Shown: one piece after another, positions 48,065 through 59,200 of the stretch
Numbering within the stretch: position 1 is the stretch's first letter
Layout: each line of letters starts with the position of its first letter
Position numbers and translations under genes: made by a program
The notes under the pieces: model-generated
The model's database searches: none
The model's input: only the letters and a program-made list of their open reading frames with translations
What the model was told of the DNA's origin: nothing
NCBI GenBank assembly: GCA_963748825.1
Contig: CAVVKN010000002.1
Span: 167,366-231,365, forward strand
Direction: 5' to 3'
DNA: 64,000 nt
Source: Methanotrichaceae archaeon
Lineage (GTDB): Archaea > Halobacteriota > Methanosarcinia > Methanotrichales > Methanotrichaceae

Positions 48065-48811
48065 TTGAACATCGTTGAGCTGAAGGGCATCTACACCGCT
48101 TACGAGGGGGGCGAGAAGGCCGTCATCAGGGACCTGTCGCTGCAAGTGGGCCGGGGCGAATACGTAGTCATCGGCGGACCCAATAGCGCCGGCAAGACCA
48201 CCCTCCTGGAGTCGATAAACGGCCTGATCAAGATCACGCACGGCAGTGCATCGGTCTGCGGTCTGGATGTATCTTCCCAGGCGGATGAGGTGAGACGGAG
48301 GGTGGGCTATGTCATACAGAATTTCTATTTCGATCCCTTCACGCCCTTCACTGTAGAGCAGGTGGTGATGATGGGACGTTTTGGCCGTTTGGGGCTTATG
48401 AACCGGCCGGCTAGAGAGGACTACGATGCCGCCCAGAGGGCCATAACTCTGGTCGGCATTGAGGATCTGGCCCACAAGACCATCGGCACGTGCAGCGGCG
48501 GCCAGCAGCAAAAAGCCATGATCGCCCACAACATCGCCAAGGAGCCGGAGGTTATGATGCTGGACGAGCCATTCAGCAATCTCGATTTTTATGCCAGAGA
48601 GTACTTGCAGGGCGTATTCAAAGAGATGGTGAGAAAAGGAGTTCCCATACTCATGGTTGCCCATGCCTTTGACGGGCTTCCCGACATTCCCATTCACCTG
48701 GTGGTCATGAACCAGGGCAAAATCAAATGCGACCGGAATTGCAGGGCGGAAGAAGTGGAAGACATCATCAGAAAAGAGTGCGGGGTGTCTGGAAAATGCT
48801 CGAGTGGCTGA
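48065..48811 (+). CDS. Metal ABC transporter ATP-binding protein (ZnuC-like)
   Basis: GPNSAGKT, TVEQVVMMGR, CSGGQQQ, LDEPF. Confidence 0.92.
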   Translation: MNIVELKGIYTAYEGGEKAVIRDLSLQVGRGEYVVIGGPNSAGKTTLLESINGLIKITHGSASVCGLDVSSQADEVRRRVGYVIQNFYFDPFTPFTVEQVVMMGRFGRLGLMNRPAREDYDAAQRAITLVGIEDLAHKTIGTCSGGQQQKAMIAHNIAKEPEVMMLDEPFSNLDFYAREYLQGVFKEMVRKGVPILMVAHAFDGLPDIPIHLVVMNQGKIKCDRNCRAEEVEDIIRKECGVSGKCSSG

Positions 48812-49626
48812 TAGAAAATAACGTAGTCTGCCATGCCCTCGAGGCCATGATCTTTGCTTCCATCGCCTGCAGCATCCTCGGCGTCATCATTTCCCGCATG
48901 AACCTTTCCTCAATTGGCTTTACCATGTCGCATGCTGCTTTTGCCGGGGCGGCCATGGGCATGTTCCTGGGAGCAAATGCCCAAATGGCGGCCATTGCCT
49001 TCAGCATGACAGTGGCGGCTCTGATTGGCCCCGTGAGCGACAAAGCCAAGATGGCTGCTGATGCGACTTTAGGTGTGCTCTTCGCCATGTCCATGGCGGT
49101 TGCCATTTTTTTAATCTCTTACATGGAGTACATGGGCAAAGGGCTTTCGGCGAGCGCCTTGCTCTTTGGAGATGTCATCTCGCTTTATAGGGAGGAGATT
49201 TACGCCCTGGCTGCGGTCTGCTGCCTTACCATCATCTTTGTTTTGGCATTTTACAAGGAGATCTCGGCCATCATGTTCAACATGAAGATCGCCGAAGCCG
49301 CCGGGGTTCGCGTCAAGCTCGTCTATTACATACTATTATTCATCATCGCCCTCTCCGTGGCACTCAGCCTAAATATTGTGGGAGGCCTGCTGATCTTCGT
49401 TCTGCTGGTTACGCCCGCATCCATAGCCGGCCAGTTCTGCTTCAATGTAAAGAGCATGTTCATTGTAGCGCCGGCCGTAGCCCTCTTCGTTAGCGCTTTT
49501 GGCGTCTGGGCCGGCTTTGAGTTCACGCTGCCGGTCGCGCCCCTGGTGGCCCTGCTGCTCACGGGGGTATTCGCATTGTCCGTAATGCTGTCCTTTAAAA
49601 GAAGGATAAATACCAAGATACATTGA
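48796..49626 (+). CDS. Metal ABC transporter permease (ABC-3, ZnuB-like)
   Basis: MSHAAFAG, LLFGDV, IVGGLL..LLVTP. Confidence 0.9.
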   Translation: MLEWLIENNVVCHALEAMIFASIACSILGVIISRMNLSSIGFTMSHAAFAGAAMGMFLGANAQMAAIAFSMTVAALIGPVSDKAKMAADATLGVLFAMSMAVAIFLISYMEYMGKGLSASALLFGDVISLYREEIYALAAVCCLTIIFVLAFYKEISAIMFNMKIAEAAGVRVKLVYYILLFIIALSVALSLNIVGGLLIFVLLVTPASIAGQFCFNVKSMFIVAPAVALFVSAFGVWAGFEFTLPVAPLVALLLTGVFALSVMLSFKRRINTKIH

Positions 49627-50054
49627 ATTTCTCGGCGGTGGTTATGATCAAAGATAGACGTAAAATGCATAATATGGTTTGCCGGCGGCCAGCAGATAAG
49701 GGATTTATGTGCATCGGCCCATTTCGGCAGCCATGACCTTTTTAACTTAATATCGATTCCCTGGGGCCCGGCATGCGCTACTCTGGTTGCCTATCCGGCA
49801 GGCATGGCAGGAAATGCTCCCTTATCTCAGATATTCATCGGTCCAATCGATCCTTCCGCCATGGGTTGGCTGCCCGAAAACTGCCTGGCCATAGGAATCC
49901 CGGTAGAAATCGCCAGGAAGATGGCTGGTGATGCAGAGAGGTCGTTCCTGTCCAGAGATAGATGATGTTTCATAACATAGCTGCCCTTCTTCCTGATGCT
50001 CATCCCTGCTTTCTTTATATTAAATATGAATTCATAAAGATTATTAAGTTATTA

Positions 50055-50079
50055 GTAGTAAAACTTAAATATTTAGTAT
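50055..50079. promoter_or_regulatory. Putative NikR-type operator overlapping a TATA-like box
   Basis: GTAGTA-N13-TAGTAT with TTAAATA inside, 15 nt upstream of ATG 50095. Confidence 0.45.
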
Positions 50080-50094
50080 TACTAATTGCAATTT

Positions 50095-50976
50095 ATGAAA
50101 GGAATTCAATCATCCAACTTAGTCATACTGATGCTGGCAATCTTCCTGATCGTTCCTGCTTGTGCGGAAACAGCACCGGCAACTCTCAAGATTGTCTGCA
50201 CCACCAGTGTATTGATGGACCCGGCAACCTACATCGGCGGCGATAGAGTGGAGGCCATTTCCATCGCCGACCCTACCCTGTGCCCGCATCTGCAGACAGA
50301 CATCATTCCGAACCGCATCCAGCTCAATATGGACTTCATCAAGAACGCTAATATGTTCGTGGCATATAACGACAGCAACGACCAAAAGTATAACATGCCT
50401 GCAGTTAATGATTTTATGAAAGCTAACAACTACAAAGCTTTTGAATGGAATACCGTTTCCAACCCATCTCGCGGATGGAACACCCCGACCAACTCCAAGA
50501 TGCTGGCCGCCGAGGTAGAGGGATGGCTGGCAAAGTTAGACCCGGCCAACAAGACCTACTACGAGCAGCGCTACAATGATTATGCAAAGAGCTTTGATGC
50601 CATCGGGCCCACTGAGGCGGAGAAAAAGCAGCTCAACCAGACCCAGGTCATAGTTATGCTCTGGCAAAAAGAGCCAGTGCAAAACTGGCTGGGCATGAAA
50701 GTGGTTAACTTCTTCGCTCCCGAGTTTGCCATGAATGGAACCAAGACGGCTGCCAAGATCGTGGACGACATCAATGCCAACCCCGGCAAATACCAGAACG
50801 TCACCTACGTCATCGAGAATATGCAGTCGGGAGAGCTGGCCAAGGGCATTGAAGAGTCACTAAAGGACAAGGGCATCAATGCCACGCGCGTCATCTTCAC
50901 CAACTTCCCGGGATCGGTTCCGGGAGCGGATACCATGGCAGAGGTGCTGAGCCACAACAAGCAGCTGGTGCTCTAG
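50095..50976 (+). CDS. Metal ABC substrate-binding protein (ZnuA/TroA-like, atypical ligands)
   Basis: Signal peptide, KIVCTTSVL..IGGDRV, DPTLCPH, LDPANKTYY. Confidence 0.85.
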   Translation: MKGIQSSNLVILMLAIFLIVPACAETAPATLKIVCTTSVLMDPATYIGGDRVEAISIADPTLCPHLQTDIIPNRIQLNMDFIKNANMFVAYNDSNDQKYNMPAVNDFMKANNYKAFEWNTVSNPSRGWNTPTNSKMLAAEVEGWLAKLDPANKTYYEQRYNDYAKSFDAIGPTEAEKKQLNQTQVIVMLWQKEPVQNWLGMKVVNFFAPEFAMNGTKTAAKIVDDINANPGKYQNVTYVIENMQSGELAKGIEESLKDKGINATRVIFTNFPGSVPGADTMAEVLSHNKQLVL

Positions 50977-51152
50977 GCGGCCTGTAAACTTCAGTCCGAT
51001 AAAGGCAGGTTTTCTGCTTTTCCTTTTTCTGAGGTTTAAAAGCTTCAGCAAATCTGCTAATGATATAATATATTCACGTCCATGTTTTTTGCTACCTAAA
51101 CCAAAAAGTTTATTACTAAATAATACGATGTTCAAGAAAATAGAGGTGGGGT

Positions 51153-51563
51153 ATGGCATCTGGAATAGGAGCTTGTCGAGTTTCTGAGGAAGGGGCACAG
51201 CATAATGGTTCATTGAGCATTCTCCTGGCTGAGGACGACCCTACGAATCAGATGATCACTTTGCTGATGCTCAGGAAGCTGGGCCACGATGCCGACCTAG
51301 CAGGCAACGGCTATGAAGTTTTAACAGCCCTTGAATATCGCCCCTACGATCTGGTGCTTATGGATATCCAGATGCCTGAAATGGATGGAATAGAGGCAAC
51401 CAGAATCATCCGGAAACGCTGGCCGCGGGGTCCAAGAATAGTTTTCGTCACCGCCTGCGCTTATTGCAAAGAGACCTGCATGAATGGGGGAGGAGATGGT
51501 TTTCTAGCCAAACCGATTACCTTGGTGGAGCTGCAGGCGGCTATCGAGCACAATGCACTGTGA
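51153..51563 (+). CDS. Single-domain response regulator receiver
   Basis: ILLAEDD, DLVLMDIQMPEMDG, VTA, LAKP. Confidence 0.9.
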   Translation: MASGIGACRVSEEGAQHNGSLSILLAEDDPTNQMITLLMLRKLGHDADLAGNGYEVLTALEYRPYDLVLMDIQMPEMDGIEATRIIRKRWPRGPRIVFVTACAYCKETCMNGGGDGFLAKPITLVELQAAIEHNAL

Positions 51564-51803
51564 TATTTAGGCTTTTGCATGTCTCTTCGAAGATGCTCGG
51601 TCTCTCCTCTTCTAAACTACAGCTCCAGCGCCTTTTGGGATCTCTCTGGCTCCATTGCGATCATCACAAATCCCAGAACGCTGGCGCAGATCATGATCCT
51701 GGCAGAAGATATCATTTAATAACAATAAAGCTAAAAAATTTATTAACAAAAGAGACTTATATTAGAATTGTTCTAACAATTAAGACTAATGAGAGGAATT
51801 GAT

Positions 51804-52910
51804 ATGAAGATACAGTCCGTTTCAGCTTTGCTAATTCTACCGTTGCTGGCATTGCTCCTCTGCGGCTTTGCATGGGCGGCAGACTACCCCCTGACCATCA
51901 CCGACACTGCGGGCCGAGAGATCACCTTTACCCAGTCTGTGGAGCGAGTGATCGTTCTCAGCTCGGATGCGGCCGAGGCCGTGGTCATGCTGGGCGCCGC
52001 CGACAAAGTGGTCGGCGTCTCGGATACTGTGCAGAAAAAGGGCTACTACTTCCCCCAGCTCGCGAAGAAGCAGAGCATAGGCAAATGGAATGCACCTGAC
52101 TATGAGATGATAGGAGAGATCGCCAAGGGTGGGGCGGAGAACATTACACCCGACATATTAGTTATCGGATACAGCTATCCAGACAAGCCCTATGGAATAT
52201 TTGGCGTGGAGAAGGGCCTGGCTCCATTTAAGGATATAAGGGCTGTAGCCCTGGAGTTCACCAAGCCCGAGAACATGACGCGAGAGATCGAGACATTGAG
52301 CAAGATCCTCAACAGGGAGGCAGAAGCCCAGGATTACATCAACTGGTACAATGAGAAGAGAGCCTCTGTAGAGCAGGCAGTAGCTGGTCTAAATAAGCCC
52401 AAGGTTTATGCAGAGTGGAGTTCGACTGCAGATCTTTCTACTCTGGGAGCAGGCTCCGGCTTTGATCAGGTCTTAAGCGTGGCCAATGGCTACAACATCG
52501 CCAAGAAGCTGGGCGATGCCTATCCCAAAGTGGGCTGGGAATGGGTTGTCACCCAGAATCCGGAAGTCATACTCAAGAGACAGACCCAGTCCTCAGATCA
52601 GAAACAGATCGGATGGGCAGCAGGGCCCTCTCAGGATACAGTCAAACTGCAGGCTGCACAAAATGAGTTGCTGGCTCGATCAGGGGCAAGCGGCATTTCA
52701 GCCGTCAAGGCAGACAGGGTTTATGTCATGGACTGGGATGTCTTGAACGGCCTGGACCAGGTAGTAGGCATAACTTATCTCGCGAAATTGCTCCATCCTG
52801 AGGTGGATCTTGATCCGGTGAGCGTTCACAAGGAATATCTGCAGCTCCTGGGATTGGAGTACCCAGAAGGACGAACCTTCATCTATCCGGAGCTTGAGAG
52901 TGACGGCTAA
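51804..52910 (+). CDS. BtuF/FecB-type ABC substrate-binding protein
   Basis: Signal peptide, TITDTAGR..VERVIVL, LGAADKVVGV, EWVVTQNPEVI, AKLLHPE. Confidence 0.92.
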   Translation: MKIQSVSALLILPLLALLLCGFAWAADYPLTITDTAGREITFTQSVERVIVLSSDAAEAVVMLGAADKVVGVSDTVQKKGYYFPQLAKKQSIGKWNAPDYEMIGEIAKGGAENITPDILVIGYSYPDKPYGIFGVEKGLAPFKDIRAVALEFTKPENMTREIETLSKILNREAEAQDYINWYNEKRASVEQAVAGLNKPKVYAEWSSTADLSTLGAGSGFDQVLSVANGYNIAKKLGDAYPKVGWEWVVTQNPEVILKRQTQSSDQKQIGWAAGPSQDTVKLQAAQNELLARSGASGISAVKADRVYVMDWDVLNGLDQVVGITYLAKLLHPEVDLDPVSVHKEYLQLLGLEYPEGRTFIYPELESDG

Positions 52911-52998
52911 TCTGAAAGCCAATCCTTTTTTTGGAATTTTAAAAATATAATATGATGGGAAGGGAGGATCTGTTTGCTGGCACTAATGGCATGCAAAA

Positions 52999-54126
52999 TT
53001 GGGTTATCTGCCTGGAAAAAACGAAGCTGCTTCACAATCTTGGTGTGCTGAGATGTCCTCAGGAATTACAGCCAAGAATGTCTTGCTGAGGGAGAAGTAC
53101 CAGCGGTTCGTGGGCAAAAAGATGCTCTTCCTCCTCCTCCTCTTGATAGGAATTGTTCTTCTGGCGGGGGTGGCTGCGACTTTGGGTTCAGCCAACATCG
53201 GCGTCCTGGATGTCTATTCTGCCATTTTAGCCAGGTTCTTCCCCGGCAGTTTTAAAACTTCCTGGTTTGCGGACACGATCGTTTGGGGGCTGCGGCTGCA
53301 CCGCATTCTTCTATCCATCGTAGCGGGAATGGGACTCGCTATTGCTGGTGCTGTGATGCAGGGCATCCTCAAGAATCCACTGGCCAGCCCCTTCACCCTG
53401 GGCATCTCCTCCGCGGCCAGCTTTGGAGCCGCTCTGGCCATCGTTTTGGGAGCGGGCTTTGTGGGGGGTGAGTGGCTGATCATCGGCAATGCCTTCGTCT
53501 TCACCCTGCTCGCATCCATGACGGTCTATGGCCTCGCCAAGTACAAGGGCATTACTCCCGAAACCATGATTCTGGCCGGCATCGCCATCATGTACCTTTT
53601 TCAGGCCATGACGTCCCTTCTGCAGTATGTGGGACGTGCAGAGCAGGTGCAAGAGGTGGTCTTCTGGATGATGGGTTCCATGGGCAGGTCATCCTGGGAC
53701 AAGTTCTGGATCGTGGCTGCGGTCATCACCATTTGCTTTCCCTATCTCTTGCTCAAATCCTGGGACATCAATGCCCTGGGTGCAGGGGACGAGACGGCCA
53801 CCAGCCTGGGAGTGAATGTGGAAAAGACACGGGTCATCTGCATGATGGCAGTCTCGCTTATAACGGCAAGCGTCATCTGCTTTACCGGTACCATTGGCTT
53901 CATCGGCCTGGTCTCGCCTCACATCACGCGTATGGTCATAGGCGGAGATCACAGGTTCTTGCTGCCCGCCTCGGCCCTGGTGGGAGGGCTGCTCTTGCTC
54001 GCGGCTGATACCGCTGCGCGAACCATTCTGGCCCCTGTGATCCTTCCCGTAGGGATTATGACCGCCTTCCTGGGAGTGCCGTTCTTCGTCTATCTTTTCA
54101 TGAGGCGGAAGAAGGAATTCTGGTGA
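52999..54126 (+). CDS. BtuC/FecCD-type ABC permease
   Basis: LRLHR, MQGILKNPLASPFTLG, A.SLGVNV, GTIGFIGLVSPH; start may be ATG 53053. Confidence 0.93.
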   Translation: MGYLPGKNEAASQSWCAEMSSGITAKNVLLREKYQRFVGKKMLFLLLLLIGIVLLAGVAATLGSANIGVLDVYSAILARFFPGSFKTSWFADTIVWGLRLHRILLSIVAGMGLAIAGAVMQGILKNPLASPFTLGISSAASFGAALAIVLGAGFVGGEWLIIGNAFVFTLLASMTVYGLAKYKGITPETMILAGIAIMYLFQAMTSLLQYVGRAEQVQEVVFWMMGSMGRSSWDKFWIVAAVITICFPYLLLKSWDINALGAGDETATSLGVNVEKTRVICMMAVSLITASVICFTGTIGFIGLVSPHITRMVIGGDHRFLLPASALVGGLLLLAADTAARTILAPVILPVGIMTAFLGVPFFVYLFMRRKKEFW

Positions 54127-54313
54127 AGAGCAAAACATTTGCAGAAGAGGTGTGCCCCGACCGTAAGCCGCACAATCTCCGGGGCGGCCAAAGGCAGATT
54201 GGCCAGGGCACATCATTCATCCATTTCACTTTGGCAGGTGAGCAAAGCCAAGAGCAGTATGGTAAAGGTGGCCTTTGCCCTACGCACCTACATCCCGAAT
54301 GTTGTCTTACATA

Positions 54314-54338
54314 GTAATAAATTTTTTGCTAATAGTAT
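54314..54338. promoter_or_regulatory. Putative NikR-type operator
   Basis: GTAATA-N13-TAGTAT in the AT-rich leader of the 54459-59981 gene run. Confidence 0.45.
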
Positions 54339-54458
54339 GAGTAAATATATAGTATTATTTATATAATTATTAATTTCCTTATTTTGTGCTAATTAGTAAA
54401 GTATAAGTAATACTTGATAAGTCTTTACATCATTGACGTAACAGGAGATACTATTAAT

Positions 54459-54899
54459 ATGAAATGTAAATTGATTATTTTGGCTGCATTGTTGCTATCC
54501 GTGGCTCTTTGCCTTCTTTCAATGAGCGCCTGGTCACAATGCTCCGTTGGGGATGCTGCCATGCCGGCAAATATCACCAAGACCAATGTGAACGGCTCAT
54601 TTAATTTCAGCAATCTCTCCGCAGGCTGCTATAACATCACAGCTTACAGGATGATCCTGGGGGCCATGCACTTTCTGGGCGATGCTGTAGTTACCGTTCC
54701 TGAAAATAAGACCAATGTAAGCATAAAGATCGCGCGCTCAGATGAAGCACACTATGCCTGCTTCCAGAATGCAACTGTAAACCTCACGCCCGGAAATTAC
54801 ACACTAAAGGGGGTAGTACTGGGCCCCAACCGGCCCGGAGCAGAGCCTGCCGAAATCCCCTACGAGGATACTCTGGTGAAGATCACTGCAGCAACTTAG
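54459..54899 (+). CDS. Small secreted beta-sandwich protein (carboxypeptidase-regulatory-like)
   Basis: Signal peptide; TNVNGSFNFSNLSAGCYNITA and LTPGNYTLKG. Confidence 0.75.
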   Translation: MKCKLIILAALLLSVALCLLSMSAWSQCSVGDAAMPANITKTNVNGSFNFSNLSAGCYNITAYRMILGAMHFLGDAVVTVPENKTNVSIKIARSDEAHYACFQNATVNLTPGNYTLKGVVLGPNRPGAEPAEIPYEDTLVKITAAT

Positions 54900-54969
54900 A
54901 GGAGGTTATGAAAGCGATGTCATCTCATTTGCAGCGTCTTTGCTCTTGGCCAGAGAAGGGGAGCTTTTT

Positions 54970-56160
54970 ATGAGGACCAGCGACTCGCTTGCCCTCCTCC
55001 TTCTGTTCATTCTCATTATCCCCTGCCAGGCTCTGCCTACTGTTCCGGGAGATCTGGACGGCGACCTGTTGATATCGGCCGAGGAGGTCAAGAGAGCTGA
55101 GGAGGCCTTTGGCCAGGGTAAGATCACGGAAAAGGATTTGACTGAGATCAAACACATCCATGAAGCATATCCAATTACCGTTACCGATACGAAGGATAGG
55201 ACCGTCACGATTTATCGGCCCATAAAAACGGTGGTATGCACTATCTCTCAGCACCTGGAAACTCTTCGCACCTTGAGGGTGCCTTCCAGCATGGTTGTGG
55301 GTGGGCCTGAGAACATCGACATCTACTCCATTTTTCCTGAGTTCAAGGCTCTGCCAACGGTGGGTAACTTCTATGAGCCCAATGTGGAAAAGATAATTGA
55401 GCTGAATCCTGATTTAGTGCTGGTTCATCCTGGTTCGGGCACGGGAACCTTTGGAGCTTACATCGGTCCGCTCCTGGAAAAGCTGGAAGGGGCAGGAATC
55501 ACAGTGGCCTGCTTCGCCTGTAGCAGGCCGGAGTGCTATGCAGAGGAGGTGCAAAAGCTGGGAATTTTATTCGAGCGAGAGAATGAATCAGAGGAGTTCG
55601 TGCAGTTTTATGACGATGTGCTCGATTCCATACAGGCGAAGATCAAGGACCTTCCGGAGGGTGAGAGGCCCCTGGTTTACAGCGAGAACCGGCCCTATCG
55701 CGCCTCTTATAACGACGTGCCTCCCATCGAAAGCGCAGGAGGGCGAAGCATCTTCGCAGGAAAAGGAGAGGTTGAAGAGGTCAATCCCGAGGATGTAGTA
55801 ACTGCCAATCCCGATGTGATCGTTCGCATCCTGGGCGATGAAGACTACGACAGACGAGCTGCCAGTGATACGGGAAAGCTGGAGGACGTGAGAAGAGAGA
55901 TCATGAGCCGCCCGGAACTCAAGAACACCAACGCTGTGCGGGAAGGCAGGGTGTTTCTCATCGCCTCGCCCCTCTGGACATATATGCCTTTCAGCGGCTG
56001 TCGGCACTTTATTGGAGTTGCCTATCTTGCCAAATGGCTTCATCCGGATCTGTTTTCCGACCTAGATCCCCAGGCCCTCCACCAGAGATATCTGAAGGAG
56101 TTTCAGGGTCTGGATTACGACCTCAAGCAAAGGGGCATTCTTGTCTATCCAGAAGCGTGA
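54970..56160 (+). CDS. BtuF/FecB-type ABC substrate-binding protein with N-terminal dockerin/EF-hand-like loop
   Basis: Signal peptide, PGDLDGDLLISAEE, TVTDTKDR, EKIIELNPDLV, AKWLHPD. Confidence 0.9.
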   Translation: MRTSDSLALLLLFILIIPCQALPTVPGDLDGDLLISAEEVKRAEEAFGQGKITEKDLTEIKHIHEAYPITVTDTKDRTVTIYRPIKTVVCTISQHLETLRTLRVPSSMVVGGPENIDIYSIFPEFKALPTVGNFYEPNVEKIIELNPDLVLVHPGSGTGTFGAYIGPLLEKLEGAGITVACFACSRPECYAEEVQKLGILFERENESEEFVQFYDDVLDSIQAKIKDLPEGERPLVYSENRPYRASYNDVPPIESAGGRSIFAGKGEVEEVNPEDVVTANPDVIVRILGDEDYDRRAASDTGKLEDVRREIMSRPELKNTNAVREGRVFLIASPLWTYMPFSGCRHFIGVAYLAKWLHPDLFSDLDPQALHQRYLKEFQGLDYDLKQRGILVYPEA

Positions 56161-56216
56161 GATCAAGATGCTTTATCTTTTTTTTTATAATATAATATTT
56201 GGAGTATGAAATAATT

Positions 56217-59200
56217 ATGAAGATCACCTTTATCTCAACGGTTTCCACCGCCGGGCTGGCACAAGCCGCAGAGGAGCTCAAGCAGCAGTTCAATCTGCCC
56301 TTGCAGCTCAAAGTATACTATCCCAGGCAAATAGACGAGGAGCTTATCGACGACCAGGTGGTGAAAAGAGATCTACAAACCTCAGACGCTGTCTGTGTGG
56401 ACATCCGGGGCAGTGGAAGAGCTATTGATCTTGTCTACCAATCCCTAAAGGACGAAAAGAACATTGTGGTCAACCTCATGGCCCCCATGGGCAAGATGAT
56501 GGAGATAACCAGGCTCGGCTCCTTCTCCGGCAGGAGTATGGCGAACAGGATCAGGCCAGAGGAAGCGCGCGATCCTGAGGAGGTCTGGAAGAAGATCCAA
56601 CTGGCAGAAGGCCTGGTCAAGACAGCCGGCCGGATCATCCCTCTGGGCCGGGTGCGGGATGCAGGCAACTACGTGAGCATAGCCCGCTACTGGCGTTACG
56701 GGGGGAAAGAAAATTATAGAAATCTGTTGCTATTGCTGCTCCGGGACTATCTGAACTGCAGTCTGCCCAAAGCCAAAGAGCCACTGCAGTCCCCAGAATA
56801 TGGTATTTTTCATCCAAAGCACGGCTATTTTCTGGAGATGGAGAGCTTTTGCAAGGCATCAGGATTTGACGAAGCACTTCCCACTGTAGGTGTTCTTTTT
56901 TACGGAAATATGCACTTCGACCAGTGCCAGAGCGTTCTGAAAGGCCTTCTGGAAAATCTATTGGACTGCAACATTATCCCGGTATTTTCCGACGGGATTC
57001 ACAACCTGCGGGCCATGAAAAAATTCTTCTTCCGGGATGATAGGCCCATTCTCGACGCTCTGGTCAATCTCACCTGGTTTCGGTTGAACGGCGGGCCCCT
57101 GGGCGGCAATCCGGAAAAAACAGAAGAGCTGCTAAGTGAGCTGAATGTGCCCGTTTTCGCCCCGGCTTGCATGTACAGCCGTAAGATCGAAGAGTGGAAA
57201 GCATCCGAAACGGGCCTTTCTCCCATGGAGTCTATCATGGCCGTTATCTGGCCGGAGCTGGACGGATGCATCGAGCCTATCGCGTGCTGCGGCGTGCAGG
57301 ATCTTTCGGTCGGCGACCTGCAGGCTTCAGAGGTGGCGGCTCTGCCGGACAGGGTGGAACGCATCGCTCTACGCATCAGAAGGTGGATGGAGCTACGGAA
57401 AAAGAGGAATGACCAGAAGCGCATTGCCATAATCATCTACAACTATCCGCCCGGTGAGGCCAACCTGGGCGTGGCTTCCTATCTGGATGTCTTTGCCAGC
57501 GTGCAGAGGATCTTAGAAGCTCTCCTGAATAAAGGCTATAGCGTAGTTATGCCGGAAAGAGAACTGCACCGGCTTTTCCAGGATTATGCTCTATTCAACA
57601 CAGGCTCCTGGCACAGAGCCGAAGATGCCCTGAAAAAATGCTTTTCTCTTGACAAGGTAGATTACCTGGATTTTTTCTCTTCTCTGCCAAAAAACATGCA
57701 GAAGGATGTGATAGAATCATGGGGAGAGGCACCGGGAAAGGTCATGGTGGCAGGCGAAAAGATCGTCATTCCCGGGCAGCAACTGGGCAATATATTCATT
57801 GGCATCCAGCCCGCCCGGCCTCCCCTGGGCGAAGCTGATCTGGCGAGTGCTTCTCATGATAAGACCCGCCCGCCTCATCACCAGTATCTGGCTTTCTACC
57901 ACTGGCTGGAGGAAGTATGGAAAGCGGATCTGGTGGTGCATGTGGGAACGCACGGCCTGGCAGAATTTACCAAAGGAAAAGAGGTCGGACTATCCAAGGA
58001 GTGCTTTCCCGACCTTTTGATCGGCAGCATGCCCCACCTTTACTTCTACCATGTCGTCAATACTTCTGAGGTAGTAATTGCCAAGCGCAGGCTCTATGCA
58101 ACTACCCTGGGCTACAACTCACCACCCTTTACCACATCCGATCTTTATGAGGGCTATGCAGAGCTGGAGGATCTCATCGATGAGTACAGCCAGGCCGGGC
58201 TGCATGGCGATTTGAGAGCAGATATTGTGCAGGAAAAGATTTTTCAGAAGGCGATAGATCTGAAAATTGAGGGCCGGGATGTACCGGGCATCCACGATGA
58301 ACTCTACGAGATGAAGAGGCGCATTATTCCCAAAGGGCTGCACATTTTGGGCGAGATATATGAGCGCAAAGATCTGCAAAGCTTCTTTGAGTTCATCTTG
58401 AGGTATGACCGGGAGGGCATCAAGTCTTTAAACAGAATTCTGGCAGAGAGGAAAGGCTTGGACTACGACCAGGTCTTGCATAACCGGGAAAGCTTTGTAG
58501 AGGAGCTAAAAGAGATCGACAACATGGCCTCGCATCTTTGCGGCCTCTGCCTGGAAAAATCGCTGGACAGCGCTGTGATGGAGAGCAGCCTATCTTCCAA
58601 GGCCAGGGAAGAATTGAGAGAGACCTTAAGCTATGGCCTTGGATTTCTGGAAAAATACTCCCGCAACGATGCCGAGATCACTGGTCTTCTGCGCGGCCTG
58701 GAGGCGGGATTTATTGAGCAAGCTGCTGGGGGGGACGTTATCCGCACACCTGATATCCTTCCTACCGGCAGGAACCTGACCCAGTTTGACCCCAATCGCA
58801 TACCCACTCCGACCGCAATGGAGCGTGGCCAAGAGATCGCAGAAAATACCATTTCCACTTACCGGGAGAAGGAGGCCAACTATCCAGAGACTGTAGGCGT
58901 CATTTTATGGGGTTTTGAGACCACCAAGACGGGGGGCGAATCCATTGGCCAGATTCTGGGCTATCTGGGGGTGCGCATAATCAGAGATGCCGGATCATGG
59001 GCACCGAGGCTGGAGGTCATCCCACTGCAGGAATTGGGGCGTCCCAGAGTGGATTGTCTGGTCAATATCTGCGGCTTTTTCCGGGATATGTTTCCCAATA
59101 TCGTTCTCCTTTTGGACCGGGCCATCAATCTGGTGGCGGAGCTTGACGAGCCCCCTGAGAAAAACTTCGTTCGTAGGCATTCCCTGAAAAATAAGGAAGA

